DNA of 63,632 nucleotides, counting the filler, from Stramenopiles sp. TOSAG23-3 (Eukaryota): NCBI GenBank assembly GCA_900128585.1. It is 14 parts of 14 records of this genome, joined end to end, with 100 filler letters (N's around TTAATTAATTAA, not from the genome) between each part and the next. Parts side by side here need not be neighbours in the genome. Positions count along the whole stretch, not along the records: positions 62,625 to 63,632 come from LT646728.1; 13 more parts are not named here. One strand, 5' to 3'. A program made the translations under genes and the position numbers. Of the stretch, positions 62,626 through 63,632 are shown piece by piece (within the stretch, counting starts at the first letter, position 1; every line of letters begins with the position of its first letter). A model generated the notes under the pieces. The model worked only from the letters and a program-made list of their open reading frames with translations, was not told the origin of the DNA and searched no databases.

Positions 62626-63504
62626 CGCCATGTCCGTCAGCTCTGGGATCCGACGGCCGACTGTGTGCGAGGAGAACAAAAATTCGCGAGATGGCACGGG
62701 CCAGATTTGGACGCGTTCAAGGGTGACGTTTTCGCCGCTTTGTGGCGCGCGTTTATGGAGGATTCTCTTGAATGCCCACTGTGCCTAGACGTTATGGTAG
62801 GAGCTGTGTTTGCTAATTGGTACGTTTGGCATGTGGAGCTCCACGCCATATGGTGACTCGATCTAACGCGACTGCTCCAAAGTGGCCATTCGTTCTGTGC
62901 GCGCTGTATTCTCGATATTTGGGAGCACCAAACCCGAGAATGCAAGTCGTTCGGTGGAGACTCTACCAGCAGTACACGGAAGCCACCTGTTTTGTGCCCT
63001 ATAGACCGCAGAACTATCACAATGCTGATCCCCGCGTACAGTCTGCGATCTGCCGCCGCGGCGCTGCGTACCGACAGCAAGAGCGATGCTGAGATCAACG
63101 AGGCCGTGGATCCTGAACTTGATAAGCTGATCGCAGCGTACACTGATGCACATCGGCAAATATCTCGCACAGATCGCAAAGCGCTCGCTTCTGGGAGTGG
63201 TCCAGCAGGCGCCGCCGCATCCGGGCTGTACGAGGCAGCACTTGACGACGTGGCAATTCTTTCGTACGCACAGCGTACTGATCAGACGTATCGGTACCTT
63301 GTGCTTGCTACGGTACTGTTTCTTGGAAGCTATTTTATCTACCCATTCGATATACTTCCTGAGGCTAGTCTGGGCATGGTGGGCTATCTCGACGATGCAG
63401 GGGTTGTGCTCTTGGGCTGTTGGCTTTTGCACTCAATTGCTAAACATTTTGTTGAGCGTGCGCGTCGACGTTCCCGTGGTAGTAGAGATCCAAGGCGACA
63501 GTAG
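62626..63504 (+). CDS. RNF170: RNF170-like RING E3 ligase with one intron (62820-62882). Start is ATG 62755 or upstream of the contig edge
   Basis: After splicing: CPLC...NCGHSFCARC...CPIDRR.IT. C-terminal Y...PFDILPE...G.VGYLDD (DUF1232-like). Confidence 0.85.
62820..62882 (+). other. Spliceosomal GT-AG intron (63 nt, contains an in-frame TGA)
   Basis: GTACGT donor, TCTAAC branch site, AAG acceptor. Removal restores the RING motif NCGH. Confidence 0.88.
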
Positions 63505-63632
63505 TAGATATGTATATTGTAAAGAATATACTCTCATCTCTAGCTTTCATTTAAATTCTTTAACACAACAAAAGTGCTGGCGTAACACCGGACGATACCC
63601 GATCGGCTCACCGTTGACAGCATCGCCCTGCG

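Noticed and set aside
62854-62856. In-frame TGA as selenocysteine or readthrough in the RING gene
   Set aside because: It lies inside a canonical 63-nt intron.

Overview
This window is not one locus. It is 14 unrelated contigs sorted by length (ten of 5865-5801 bp, four of 1008 bp), joined by artificial 100-nt spacers (N44-TTAATTAATTAA-N44), so adjacency across a spacer has no meaning. The source is a gene-dense, intron-poor flagellated microbial eukaryote, probably a stramenopile and probably a single-cell/MDA assembly (inference). GC-richer coding regions alternate with very AT-rich, low-complexity spacers. About 38 CDS or fragments are supported. Housekeeping: AP-3 sigma, COPE, OSCP, eL28, SPCS2, Pin1-type parvulin, NIT1, RMND5, RNF170, a CDK and a MAP3K. 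Cilium-associated: two ODA docking-complex coiled coils, BART-like, CFAP97-like and IQ proteins. Only two canonical introns were found. The three strongest observations are: (1) a 1310-aa protein made of two complete polycystin-2/TRPP channel units in one chain; (2) a ~22-nt element (TAAAAACAARAAAWTTGGCTGTT-like) found six times in five independent contigs, usually just 3' of a stop codon and often between convergent genes; (3) a compact BAH-like + C5 DNA methyltransferase of DNMT1/CMT/DIM-2 type. Several apparent chimeras and homopolymer frameshifts are most likely artefacts. No rRNA, tRNA, CRISPR array or clear mobile element was recognised.
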